In this document: piece after piece, positions 12,459 through 25,232 of the stretch
Layout of the letters: each line of letters starts with the position of its first letter
Position numbering within the stretch: position 1 is the first letter of the stretch
DNA from: Octopus sinensis
Taxonomy: Eukaryota
DNA length: 64,000 nucleotides
Direction of reading: 5' to 3'
NCBI RefSeq assembly: GCF_006345805.1
Contig: NC_043003.1
Location: 115,630,001-115,694,000 of the forward strand
Notes under the pieces: generated by a model
Seen by the model: the letters and a program-made list of their open reading frames with translations, nothing else
Databases searched by the model: none
What the model was told of the DNA's origin: nothing
Translations under genes and position numbers: made by a program

Positions 12459-12865
12459 AGGCGCAGGAGTGGCTGTGTGGTAAGTAGCTTGCTAACCAAC
12501 CACATGGTTCCGGGTTCTGTCCCACTGCGTGGCACCTTGGGTAAGTGTCTTCTGCTATAGCCCCGGGCCGACCAATGCCTTGTGAGTGGATTTGGTAGAC
12601 GGAAACTGAAAGAAGCCTGTCGTATATATGTATATATATGTATGTGTGTGTGTTTGTGCGTCTGTGTTTGTTCCCCTAGCATTGCTTGACAACCGATGCT
12701 GGTGTGTTTCCGTCCCCGTCACTTAGCGGTTCGGCAAAAGAGACCGATAGAATAAGTACTGGGCTTACAAAAAGAATAAGTCCCGGGGTCGAGTTGCTCG
12801 ACTAAAGGCGGTGCTCCAGCATGGCCTCAGTCAAATGACTGAAACACGTAAAAGAGTAAAAGAGT
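12459..12865 (+). mobile_element. SINE family A
   Basis: Full head AGGCGCAGGAGTGGCTGTGTGG through the GTAAAAGA tail. Confidence 0.9.
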
Positions 12866-13628
12866 ATTATCATTTGCAGAATAATCACCTCTCATCGTCT
12901 TTTCATGTAACGCTGATATGTATGTGTGTTTGTGTGTATGCTCGTGAATGTGTACGCGCGCGTGGGATTCTACCGATGTATAAGGTTCTGCTACGGTAGA
13001 AAAACTAGGCTCTTTCCAATTCAGCCCTCAATGAGATCTTTTGACTTTCCACACTGTCAGATTCATCTGCTAAACCCGTCGTATCGATTTAGCGAATAGT
13101 AAAATACAATCCAAAGAAGACGACAAACGCATATTTCATTATCAGTTACAATAGTTTCTGCACGAAATCTGCTTTCAAAGCCAATTCATGAAAACCATAC
13201 AAGTGGAAATTTCTTTATCATTTGCGGTTTTAAACATTAGTATGACAATTCCTCGACTCCAAACCCTTGCCTTGATTGCTTTTGTCTTTTCTAATTCTCA
13301 TTCCATCTGTTCCAAGTCACTTTTCGTTTCTTACTCATTAGACTCTGTTTGCAGGTAGAACAGTTTGCTGCCGCGCTCCACAGGCAGCTTTTTCCACATG
13401 ATTTTTCTATTAGAGCGTGTTCTGAACCCCTCTGGGGCCAGTCTAGGATGTTATTCTCTAAAGCCCTCTCAGGGATTTTCACTTAAATTATAACGCTAAT
13501 AACATTCTTTTTTCTTTTTTTTTTTTCATTTTACCGTACTCTATACAAATTCATCCAGTCCTTATGAAGAATGCTCAACGCCCACTAAAGGGGGGGGACA
13601 GCTTCTGTTTACCATATCCTAGCGTACC

Positions 13629-13740
13629 TACGAGGTCTGATCAATAAGTATCCGGGCTGACGCAATAGTAACGAAGCTAAAGCACGCAGAGAGAGAGAGA
13701 GGTGCCGCTCTGCAAAGATTGACTTTGAATGGTGCCGTTC
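13629..13740 (+). mobile_element. Possible mariner-type terminal fragment
   Basis: TA followed by CGAGGTCTGATCAATAAGTATCCGG resembles mariner TIRs; the partner TIR was not found. Confidence 0.35.
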
Positions 13741-15592
13741 TAGAGTTTGAGGAAAGTTGGGAAAGAATTTTAGAGGCGTGATGGGATGATGTGGGATCCC
13801 TGCATACTAAAGTAGTGTTCGTGGGGGTTCTAAGCTCTGCGAAATAGAGAATGGGCTACCTTTATAATCCGATATTGACATGGACATATCTTGTTAACTT
13901 TAGAGGTTTTATGTAGACGTCATACTTTTTAAGGTGTCTGCATTTCATTGTTATGCGTTTTAAGATATTTTCCTCGCTCAGCTGGGATTTTATACACTCA
14001 CACATTTATTAGTAAACTTTTTATAACTGTCGTTTTAGCAAATGTTATAGAATCGAGAGGTTTATACTCTTGAGTTACATGAGCGGTCGTGAATTAAATT
14101 CATATGTTTAAGAGGAATTATTTTCTTTTGAATTTTCTTCAACTAAACATGACATTTAATGTGTTTTGTGCACTAGATGCTTCATTCTGCATTTTGAATG
14201 ACAATTAAACAGGCTGACTAAGAAATCATACTTGGTAATAAGTTCACTAAGTCTCGGTGACACATCGATGCAATCACCGATGCTAAATTTGATGGAACCG
14301 TATGTTTTCTCTCGAGGTTAAACTACCCAAATTACTTTAGCTGAAATACATTCGTTTAATTCCCTGATTCAATCATTCAATGCAATTCAATCACTCTATA
14401 ATTCTACGCTCTAAATTGGAGGAATCAACTGCGCCGGTCTTCCTGAAACCCATACAAACATTTCCTACATTATTCGTCTAAGACTTTCGCTATTCACAAC
14501 TCAGCAAATCATGATAAGGATCTAATTTAACCTTGCCAAACATTCACATTAGGAAATCATAATGAACGAACCCGACTCAATCAATGACACTGATTACTTT
14601 AGACATTGAGGTTTCTCCTTCTCATATCACATGACCAAGAAGTAATTTGACTTTTGGTGATTAGCGGCATTCATTAATAGCTAGTCTGTTAATGTTGCAT
14701 AGGATCAACGAGGGAGAGATCATATCTCGGCTGGTAACATTTACGGGAAAAGTCAAACGAAAAGAACATGTTTATGAAATGGTAATTTGTTGTAGTTATG
14801 TCATATGAATCATAAGCTCTCCATTTGCATATAAGTTAACTTGCTTTCTGAGGATAAAACTCTAATCCTCATACTAAAATTTCTCTGCGATGCCCTGGTT
14901 ATGTTTATAGACAACCTAGCTTATTATTTTAGGAAAGCTGAACAATCTTTAATTCTACTAATCCACATTTGTGTTACCAATTTTTAAAGAAGTTGTTGAG
15001 TCGATGCCTAACTGTTGTCTGATGGTTGAGACCTTCTACTTCGCCGCAGTAAGCTTCAAGCCATCAGTTTTGTGGCTTATCCAGCGTCTTTCTGCCCTGC
15101 TGTCGACGTCTTCACCGTGTTTCTGGCATGAGAGGCTAACGGGTTGTTCGATTTGATTTCAAAATAAACCATGGAAGCAAATTGAATTTAACAACTCAAT
15201 CATTCTGTAGCCCTACTTCGCATATAAACATGAATTGGCTCTCTTATTTCATTTGCCAAAATCCAAGAAAACTTTTCAGTACAGGGCATTGTAGTTCTGC
15301 AAAAGGTGTAAAATTTATGATTTTGCAGGCAATTAAAATTTTGAACAATTAACATAAGATTTATCCGGTCAGTAAGATTCTAAAATTATCAACATCTCCG
15401 GAAAACAATTCAAAATTTTCGAGGATCGATTTAAAGCTGCCCAGGTAAATCTAAAAATCGTTTAACTATCGTCAAATTTAAAATCTGCAACGTTTTTCAA
15501 CTTCGCCGATGTACGATATTTTAAAGGGCAGGATCTTTTGAAAGAAAAAGTTTAAACAGTAGAGCATATTTACAAAACATTTATTATCGTTA

Positions 15593-15979
15593 CTAGCAGT
15601 ATCGCCCGGCGTTGCTCAGGTTTGTAAGGGAAATAACTATAAAGCATTTTTAGAGAGTTATAGCCAAAAAATAGCAAAAAAATGGAAAAACATTATGGTA
15701 AATTTTTTTTTTGAGATTTAAAAAAAGGTGGAGTTGCGTCCCCTAGACAGTTTGTGGTTCGTGTTTCTGATTCTCGACCCCATGTCGAATTTATCGATTT
15801 TTTTCAGAACTGGGGGAACTTTTCAAAATTTTCGCTGCGTTAGTTTTGAATTATGACATTGGGCTATGTGTGTGTCAAGTTTCATCAGAATCGGTTGAAA
15901 GCCGTGGTCAGGGTGAGGGTACAAGCAAACAGACACACAGAAACACGCACAGACAAACTGCCGTTTATATAGAGAGAGA
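15593..15979 (-). mobile_element. Non-autonomous Helitron, family H2
   Basis: Minus strand A|TCTCTCTCTATATAAACGG ... hairpin, CTAG|T; close match to 47025-47408. Confidence 0.85.
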
Positions 15980-16254
15980 TTAGTGAACTTACCTGTAATC
16001 AATAATGAATATTTCACGTGATTTGCTATGGCCAGAGACTGCTGGACATCTAATCAGACATTCTGTACGATTATGTAAGTGACTTATATATTAATTCTAT
16101 AATTCAGAACCCATTAACAATCCTAGCGTTCTCAATGTAAAGGGTAGTTGTGACTATAGAAAGAAAGTTAAGGCTAACATGACATTTATTTCAATAAATA
16201 AAAGCAAATTCTCACCTCAAAATCATAGCAGTACACCTAAAATTGAGACTAATA

Positions 16255-16590
16255 AACTGTTACATACATTAACCTCTGTGGAGAATTAACTTGGGTAATA
16301 TTCAGAGCAATAGAGGAAGAGTTAGAAGCCTTTGAATTGCGAATGTCTGCCAGAATGGAAAAGCAGGGTAACAAACGTGGCTATTTTACAAAAGCTGATC
16401 ACCGAAAACATATTTTCGAGAATAAAGTCCACAAAATTAAGGTTTTTCAGATATACAGTACAAATTACTGCTGAGGTTCATCTCTTCCTAGGAAGAGTTC
16501 AAAAGGACGCCAAGAATTTTTGTGGACGAATGGTATCAAAAAAAGGAATCGAAAGAACTTGGTTGATTTTATGCATACCGCACGAGAGAG
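16255..16590 (+). mobile_element. RTE-clade LINE 3' remnant
   Basis: RLEAFELRM..SRVTNVAIL..IKSTKLRFF..GRQ..WTNGIK follows the RTE C-terminal pattern (EAFEMW..RVTN.EVL..KL.YFGH..GRP..W.D.IK). Confidence 0.55.
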
Positions 16591-16738
16591 AGAGAGAGAG
16601 AGGGAGAGAGAGGGAGAGAGAGGGAGAGAGACGGAACAAGAAATAGTCGGAAATGGGACACCTGGGCATAAGGAGGATAGCGGAATAGTTACGGACATAC
16701 ATACACACCCATAGGCACATACATACACTGACACACAC

Positions 16739-16818
<80 letters not shown>

Positions 16819-16841
16819 TATATATAATATATATATATATC

Positions 16842-16897
<56 letters not shown>

Positions 16898-16916
16898 CAT
16901 GTGTGTATGAATACCC

Positions 16917-16985
<69 letters not shown>

Positions 16986-17066
16986 TGCATATATATATAT
17001 ATATTTATATATATATATGTGTGTGTGTGTGTGTCTGTATAAATATATCTATATATATATATATAG
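16586..17066. repeat. Compound (GA)n/(TA)n/(TC)n/(GT)n microsatellite block
   Basis: Direct reading. Confidence 0.9.
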
Positions 17067-17311
17067 GTGTAGGTGTAAGAATAAGCAAGTTAGTCAAGTC
17101 GATATACACAATATGTTAAACACATTTACTACAAACAATGTACATATGTATACATGTAAAAGAAGTCTCACTTACACATAATGGAAATGATATCAGGAAT
17201 AATGGGTGTACATATAGATATAGATAGCACCAGAATTTGGTATGGTATTATCCATATATTTCAAAATGGGGTGATTATAATCAAAATAAGCAACAAAGGT
17301 ATCCAGAGGTA

Positions 17312-17401
17312 ATGCAGTACGATCGTTTCATGCGACTCCATTTAATTGAACAATGCAAGTATTACATCAGTTTTAAAATGTAGAGCAATTCTCAGCTGCA
17401 T
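17312..17401 (-). ncRNA. Type I hammerhead ribozyme-like motif (Penelope-type)
   Basis: ATGCAG-CTGAGA-[~60 nt]-GAAA-CGATCG-TA-CTGCAT: 6-bp stem I, palindromic stem III ACGATCGT, GUA cleavage triplet; core lacks N7. Confidence 0.6.
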
Positions 17402-17789
17402 AAAAATATAGAATTTATTTAAATTTAAAAGATTCATTTTTTATAGTTATTCCATTAACCAAAATCACAAAGAGGGTGAGTAGATAGACAAAGAACAAGT
17501 CTCATCAACAATATCATAGTAGTAACTGAAATTTTTTCACAGGAAGACACTGCTTATCATTGATTTTACTTTGTTATTTAGATTTACTACTAGGGGAGTA
17601 AATCTAAATACAGTCTTATCCAGTCTTATCTATAAATGGGCAGAGACCACCTGAAAGGTCGTGTAGAAATTTCGAATGACTGCATTGTTTCCGTTATCAT
17701 TTATCGTCTGACTGACGTGCCCTACCCAGGTTACTGATTGACAAGGCTGGAGTGCCTTTTATTTGGATGTTTTAGAAGGGACGCTTTCC

Positions 17790-18740
17790 AATGATCAGTC
17801 TGCTACGAGAGGATTAGGGATGCTGTGGCTTTTGGTGCGATGACCCGCACTCAGGTTGTGCCACCTGCTATGATTTCTAGGTTCCATTTGTGAGGCACGT
17901 CTTTCTGCAACTCGTTGCCATGACGGAGTTGCAGCAAAGTCACTTGCACCTGGCACCAGAATGACTTCAGGCTCTCACAGCCATCACCATTCGGGCAGTG
18001 GGACAGTGGAAGTTCAGATTTAGAAATATATAGAGGATTAGTGGCAGAGAAAGGCGACGACGTAAGGTATGGACGTTGACGAAAACGAATTGACGAGTCT
18101 GTTTCGGAGGTGTTTCCGGTCAAGGACCACGAATAATTTCCCAGATGTTCTCGGCCTGGCAGTGCTACCGAAGATCGGTTCCAGTTCGAGATAAATTCTA
18201 CAAGCACGGACTTGTCTGAGGTATGCGCAGAGCGACGATCCCGTTCTGCATGCATTCGTTCAGTGTCCGGGCATTACTGATCTGTGGGGTTGTGTCGAAC
18301 AGCTGCTGTCACGTGTGAGACGGATCCATCTGTCGCCGAATCCGTAGTGAAGATTATCCCTCCGATTTATTTTAACCTAGCAAGTAGGGCAGTCTTGTTT
18401 TGCTTGGTGGCAGTGCCGAAAGAGGTTGTCTGGTGGACAAGATTGAAAGGCATGAGGACAGAGAGTTTCTTTTTTGGTAGAGCTCTCATCTACTCTATCA
18501 AGTTTCTCTTGAAAACCAACGTAAGAGTGGAGAAGGATGTGCTGTCTTCATGTGAATTTATTGAAATATAGCATGAGTAGATTGTACCGCTCTAAATGTA
18601 GACATGTGAGTTGGGGAGAAAGAATTGGAGAGGGCACCTACGCTTGGTTTCAGGGAGATCTTGGACGGTGGGTTTTCTTGATTATCCGTAGAGATCCTAC
18701 TCTGTCAGGAGTGGCGTATCACTTCTTTTCTGTTCTTTTG
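17790..18740 (+). mobile_element. L1/Tx1-clade LINE ORF2 C-terminal remnant
   Basis: Decayed frames give AWQCYRRSVPVRDKFYKHG, zinc-knuckle-like CAQSDDPVLHAFVQCP, and VAVPKEVVWWTRLKG. Confidence 0.65.
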
Positions 18741-18757
18741 TTTTATTTTTACTATTA

Positions 18758-19200
18758 TCTTTATATATAAAAGTAAGGTTGTGTGTCTGTCTCCTACGAT
18801 TTAGATTCCTAACTACTCCCACATTTTGCGGTGTAGTTTAACCAAAACCGAGTATCTTATAGTCGTGATTCATATCGAGCCCTTCTGGGTATTAGCGCGC
18901 GTCTTATAGTCGTGATTTATATCGAGCCCTTCTGGGTATTAGCGCGCGTCTACGATGAGTCTACGATTTTAAAAATAGTTTACCATCATGTTTTTCCATT
19001 TTAATGCATTTTTTCCGCTATTATATAAGGGAAGTAACTCTCTAAAAATGTCTACGATGAGTCAACGATTTAAAAAAAATTTACCATATTTTTTTTCCAT
19101 TTTAATGCATTTTTTTGCTATTTTTTTGCTATAACTCTCTAAAAATGCTTATATAGTTATTTCCCTTACAAACCTGAGCAACGACGGGCGATACTGCTAG
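18758..19200 (+). mobile_element. Non-autonomous Helitron H1 with internal duplications
   Basis: A|TC start, hairpin and CTAG end; 47-bp tandem duplication (18855-18948) and two ~102-bp units. Confidence 0.85.
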
Positions 19201-19711
19201 CATACTATATATGCTTCTCTTCTCTATCTGATTGTGTGCTTTCTATATTTTCTATACATTTAGAGCTATAAAAGCTTAGCAAGATGACACATATCGAACC
19301 TTCTCTCTCCATCTTTGCTTCAACAAGCCTTGCTGCTCTGTTAAGAAAACATCCTTTGGGAACACGCAACCGCGAAATGGAATCACTGGAAGCGTGACGC
19401 TTCTACACCCTCAGTCCTAGCGATCTCATTCCTCCGTGTTTACAGTTTTATTTTAAAATTAACTTTATTTTTTTAAATATCCAAACTTGATTATAGCTTC
19501 CAAACATAACGATTGGACACCCCCTGTGAAATAACTCAACGGAAGCAAAGTTTCGAAATTTTTTTTTTTTCCAATAGTTAGAAATGTTGTTACTGCGTCT
19601 CCAAAATATTTATTTTTAGGAAGGGCAACAAAATGAAAAAAACACATCAGCTCTGCACCGGTGCCATTAAACTGCTGAAGCCGAACGCTGACCGCGGTTA
19701 CTGAACTTTTC

Positions 19712-19760
<49 letters not shown>

Positions 19761-19851
19761 ATAAGAACGGCGAACTGCGTGATTATTCCTATTCAGTTCA
19801 ACGCACAATATATCAATATATATATATATATATATATATACATATGTATGT

Positions 19852-19926
<75 letters not shown>

Positions 19927-20699
19927 ATATATATATATATATATATATACTGTATATACATCTAAGCAGAAGAAATATCAACACATAGAGCACTAGCAGA
20001 AGCAAAACCAATAATGAAGCGCAGGGAGCAGCAGCCACGCTCAATAGAATGAAAAGAAAATACAAAAGGAAAGCCAGAAAACTAATTCAAGTAAGTATGG
20101 AAGTGTTGTACAAATGTTGGCAAAATACTTCATATATCGGCAGAAGATCGACCAAGTGAAACAATAACGATGAAGCAGATATTTCAATCGTTATAGGAAA
20201 TTTTTGTGTGGACAAAAATCTTAGAGCACAATAATTTGATTACCCACAACATTAATTCGCCTATTCTTATTAGAGTTTCATTTGCTGAAGGATGGAAAAT
20301 CGCCAGCCAACATAAGCATTGGATAGATTACTCTCTATATATATATTTATATGTTGTTCATTATTTTCTTTTCTGTACGTCTCCTGCCGCATTCACTTAA
20401 CTTTCTTAAGAGAATATTATTTATTTATCTAATCTTAAAGTTTATTTATATTAGACATTTTTTTTTAATGTATGCATTGATCTTCCGCCTGAATGATTTC
20501 TTTATGTGAAGTATATCGCAGCTGTACATTTTGTTGCTGTTCTTGTTGATAATGATGTTTCGCAGTCTGCGTTGCTGGGGCTGGTGATAGGTTAGTTGTT
20601 GTTGCCGTTGTTCTTCTGCGCTTTTCATGCAGTTTTTATTATTCTTGTGCTTCTTCTTCTTCTTCTTCTTGTTCGTCATCTTCATCGCCTCCTCTCCCA

Positions 20700-20823
20700 T
20701 CACTTATCCTTATCATCATCGTCGTCGTCGTCATCATCATCATCATCATCATCATCATTAATCATTATTATTACTATTCATGTCGATGTTTTTATTACTG
20801 TTATTGACGATGTTGTTTTTGTT

Positions 20824-20860
<37 letters not shown>

Positions 20861-21029
20861 ACATCATTATCACCACCACCACTACCACCAACATTGCTGT
20901 TAGATTATTATTATTGTTGTTGTTGTTGTTGCTGTTGTGTTATTATTGTTGTTACTGTTATTATCATTATTATTATTGTTGTTGTTGTTGTTGTTGTTGT
21001 TGTTATTATTATTATTATTATCATTATTA

Positions 21030-21067
<38 letters not shown>

Positions 21068-21089
21068 GCTATTATTATTATTATTATTG

Positions 21090-21127
<38 letters not shown>

Positions 21128-21180
21128 GTTATTGTTATTATTACTATTATTATTATTATTATTACTATTATTATTCTTTG
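20700..21180. repeat. Compound trinucleotide microsatellite (CAT/GTT/ATT)
   Basis: Direct reading; source of several spurious ORFs. Confidence 0.92.
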
Positions 21181-21663
21181 TTATCGATGTAATGGCTACT
21201 GTTTTTAATGCTGGCGATGTTGTTGTTTATTCTCTTCTTGAGTGTTTCTTCACTAAATTCGAAATTTGTTTAATTGTATGTTTTCTTCTCTGAACAACAT
21301 TCGTCTCCTTTCATCTCTTGTAATATAACTTTTTCTTTTTTTATCTGTTGATATTGGTTTCCTGTTTTATGATGTATTGATTTGTTTTTACGGTTTCTCT
21401 TTGATTTATTTCATTTTAATCATGATTTATTTTACTTGATTTTTCAATTGAAAAAAAAAAATTTCTATGGCGCAGTAAAGACGAGAGGTGTGGTTGTAGT
21501 TAATAAGTTAATGTTCTAGAAAAGCAGCCCTCAAAATTATCCACTTTCACATACCCTTTCAAATCATTGTCGTCTCCATGATTATAGCCATTGATATTAT
21601 CACCATCACACGCATGAAAAAAGTGTTTATCATTTCCACGATCAAAATCAGCAACACCACGTA

Positions 21664-21728
<65 letters not shown>

Positions 21729-21731
21729 GGA

Positions 21732-21782
<51 letters not shown>

Positions 21783-21783
21783 G
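21664..21783. repeat. (AAT)n(AGT)n microsatellite
   Basis: Direct reading. Confidence 0.95.
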
Positions 21784-22559
21784 TAGCTATCCTCGTAATC
21801 GACGTGTCTATCGTCAAAAGTACAGAGTCGTTGTTTTATTGATTCTTATTGCGCTGTTTGTTTAAGATTCACAAAATTTCTTAGTCGAATAAACCAGACC
21901 AAACATCGAATCTGATTTGTTGCACAAATTATGGGTGTCTTTTCTTTTTTGTTTGGCATATTTGGAATATGTAGCAACTGTGAGATAGAACGGTGGTCGA
22001 AAATCAGGAGAAACGTTTTTTTTTTCCTTTTTTTAATTCGGTTAAAGAGATTCATAAAATCCCTTTTGTTTCTTGTGACAGAAAATAGACAAACTTTAGA
22101 GACATTCAACGAATATATTTGCTGTTTGAATGAGGAAAAAAAAATGTTTTTGTAGGAAAAATATATCTAAATGAAATATTTGCATTTCAATTCAAAATTT
22201 TGTGGTGCGAGTTGTGATGGTGTTGCATTTAGACTTGTGTCGAATGCACATCACTTTGGAGGAGATTCTCGTACCGTAGGGATATTTTCACATAATTGTA
22301 CGAATAAAATTTGATCAGGGACAAACAAAACAAAGAAATATCTATAATTTGTCGTGTGTGTGTGTCTACCTATCTATCTATGTATTTATCTCTCTCTCTC
22401 TATCTATCTATCGATCGATCTATCTATCAATCTCTCTGATTCTCTCTCTCTCTCTCTTTATATATATAGGGATAGTTTACGAAAAAAACAAAAGACGGAG
22501 ACAGTTGGTGTAGAAAACAAACATATGTATTAGTATAACGCTCAGGAATAGAAAAAAGT

Positions 22560-22595
22560 CTTTTACGTTTCGAGCCTACGCTCTTCTACAGAAAG
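22560..22595 (-). ncRNA. Minimal hammerhead-like motif in a ~190-bp cassette (22468-22655) between microsatellites
   Basis: CTTT-CTGTAGA-A-GAGC-gtag-GCTC-GAAA-CG-TA-AAAG: stem I CTTT/AAAG, stem II GAGC/GCTC, palindromic ACGT stem III; A6>U in the core. Confidence 0.55.
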
Positions 22596-22655
22596 GGACA
22601 CAGATAAAAACAAGGAGAGAAACAAGGTGAGAAAAAATGTGTGTAGTGGATAACG

Positions 22656-22690
<35 letters not shown>

Positions 22691-23434
22691 AACAATTTAC
22701 GTAATTATACACTTAAGAGATGTCCTTTAACAGGACACCTTACATGCTAGAAGGGGCATTCATTTCCTTAAATCCTTTTGGTATAAATAAAATTGAGTTT
22801 GCTTATTTCTTAGTACTTGAACTGTTAGATTTATTTTCACAATGTATCCAATGCAACCCTTAAATAAGTAAATAGTATTTTCCTAAACAACAGATCCACT
22901 TATTTCAGTTGGTGACTTACTCACGAATATACCAGCACTACCGCCCCTGAGGGTAATATTATCTGGGAACGCACAAAAGCCCTTTTCAGACGTATTTACT
23001 TTAAATTGTTACTATCTCATATTTCCTAAATCTGTTATTATGTAACATGTTTCAAGATTTTAGTATACAAACCTTATGAGTATTTCCTCCTATGTTCTAC
23101 ATACTGTGGTACCGCATTAAGTCCCTATTCGGGGCTACTTTATTTGAATTCTTTCTATCGCTTAACTAATTTCATGTTATTACATAAATGACTTCACAAT
23201 TTGGGTATTCATAACTTATTGGAAATTCCTAAAAGCAAGGCAATGTCTAAGACAGTTCAATAGTATCTGTAAATGCACAAAAACCGTTTTAAGGGTTACA
23301 TAGTTTGTACTGTTGTTATTGGATTAGCGAAACAATTATGAGCACGGAACAAAGGGATAACCCCAATTTCCTGGGAATTACCGAGTACGTCAGCTAGTAT
23401 ACATATACATACATACCTACTTATATATATAGAA

Positions 23435-23482
<48 letters not shown>

Positions 23483-23494
23483 TATATATATATT

Positions 23495-23550
<56 letters not shown>

Positions 23551-23557
23551 GTGGTTG

Positions 23558-23620
<63 letters not shown>

Positions 23621-24339
23621 TATGCTGATGTAAAATTTCTGGTGTAGCCCCGATGAACTGTCTCAAGTTCCACTGCTTATCTGACACAGTAGGTTGACCA
23701 CGCTTGAGTAGTCCAGATGTTGTCCATTGAACCATTGAAACACCATTGTTTCCTGGTCCCTTGTTCTAAAGGATGTGAGAATCTATCCGCTTGCAGGGGT
23801 CACCATCTTGGTGATACGTACGTGGAGAGGCATCGTTGCTCATATCAATCTCCAGATGGCGCTCTGTACTTGACTCTGAGACTACCGCTCCTTTTCGTAA
23901 AAATACACACATACACACACATGCACATCAATACACACACACATAACAGTTAATAAATGGAGTAGATAAGATCCGAGCTACATGTTTCATTGCGAGGGGA
24001 ACCTCGGAAGTGGTAAATATCCTGGTTACTCGTCTCGCCAAAGGTATCTTGATTAAATAAAAGTTTACATTGTTGCAACGAGGTACATGTTAACACATGG
24101 GAGATACGATCAGAAGGCGTAAGGAGCACAATAGGAGTGGAGAGAGTTGGAGAGGGAGAAGAGAGCTTTCCAACGCATCTTTCTACTCAAATTCGTTTGT
24201 AGCGTGAATAATGAGTTTCGTGTACTCAGTTTTGTCGGTAAGCGGGATACTTTTATTCGACAAGTTTAATTGCATTTTCTCAATTTCCGTGTCTTCCACA
24301 CAGTTAGAGTTCACTAGGAACATGTAAATATATGAATCA

Positions 24340-25075
24340 AGGATCGCGGTATGCAAATAAATTTAGCTTAAAGCCATCTTTAGTATATATAACAAACCGA
24401 ACAGTGAACGGTGCCGATCACTTCCCTGATCCGACACTAATACGGTGACGTTGTTGGCATATGTCGACACACATCTCGCAAGTCCTAGGTCACGCGGGAT
24501 GCAACTTACCGCTTCCTGTTTGTGTAGTAGTGGCTCGAGAGTCAATACGTACAAGAGACACGAGAGGTGACGACCATGCCGGACCGAGCACATAATGTTG
24601 AACGGCTCTGAGAAGTGACCGTTCACTCTCACCACTGAAAAAAATGTTGCTGTGCATTGCAGTGATTCAGCCTTTGAATTCAGGCCCGAAACCAGCTGCT
24701 TTGAGGACCGCCGCCAGATATAGATGGTCGATCCTATCGAATGCTTTAGACTGATCTAAAGAAACCCTGTGCCAGTTTCTTTAGCTACTTTTTCAATGAT
24801 GTATCGCACGAGGTGGAAGTTGCGGTGAATGGATGTTTATGGGATGGCACATATCTGTGCCCTCTCTACCAGGTCCCCAACGACAAGCAATAACCTTGTA
24901 GTTAATACCATGGCCAAACTTTTGAACTTTGCATTCAGCAGGGTTATGGGCCTAAAGTTGTCAAACCAATCCCCCTTGTTCGGGTCGTTTGTCAGCAAAG
25001 TCACCGCTCCTCGGCTCACAAAGCTACGAACTCTCTTATTCTGTTGCCAGTTACAGTAAACATTTGTCAAGCGTT
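24340..25075 (-). mobile_element. L1/Tx1-clade reverse transcriptase remnant
   Basis: NFRPITLLNAKFKSLAMVL..RL and VRVNGHFSEPFNIMCSVRHG..LS.LLY...YAN motifs (RT domains with decayed QG and YADD); may extend to ~24000. Confidence 0.7.
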
Positions 25076-25232
25076 CACCAATAAACTACATGTGCAAAAT
25101 CATTTAACACCAGAAATGAACGCACCGGTACCCAACGAAAATAATGACCGTTAAAATAATGGGCCAGATGTTATTCCTCACGTCCTGCAAATAAAATCAA
25201 AAAGCATAAAGAGACACTTGAGGAATATATTT

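Noticed and set aside
13060-13480. Possible L1-like ORF2 fragment on the minus strand
   Set aside because: Only vague similarity (KARVWSRG); no diagnostic motif.
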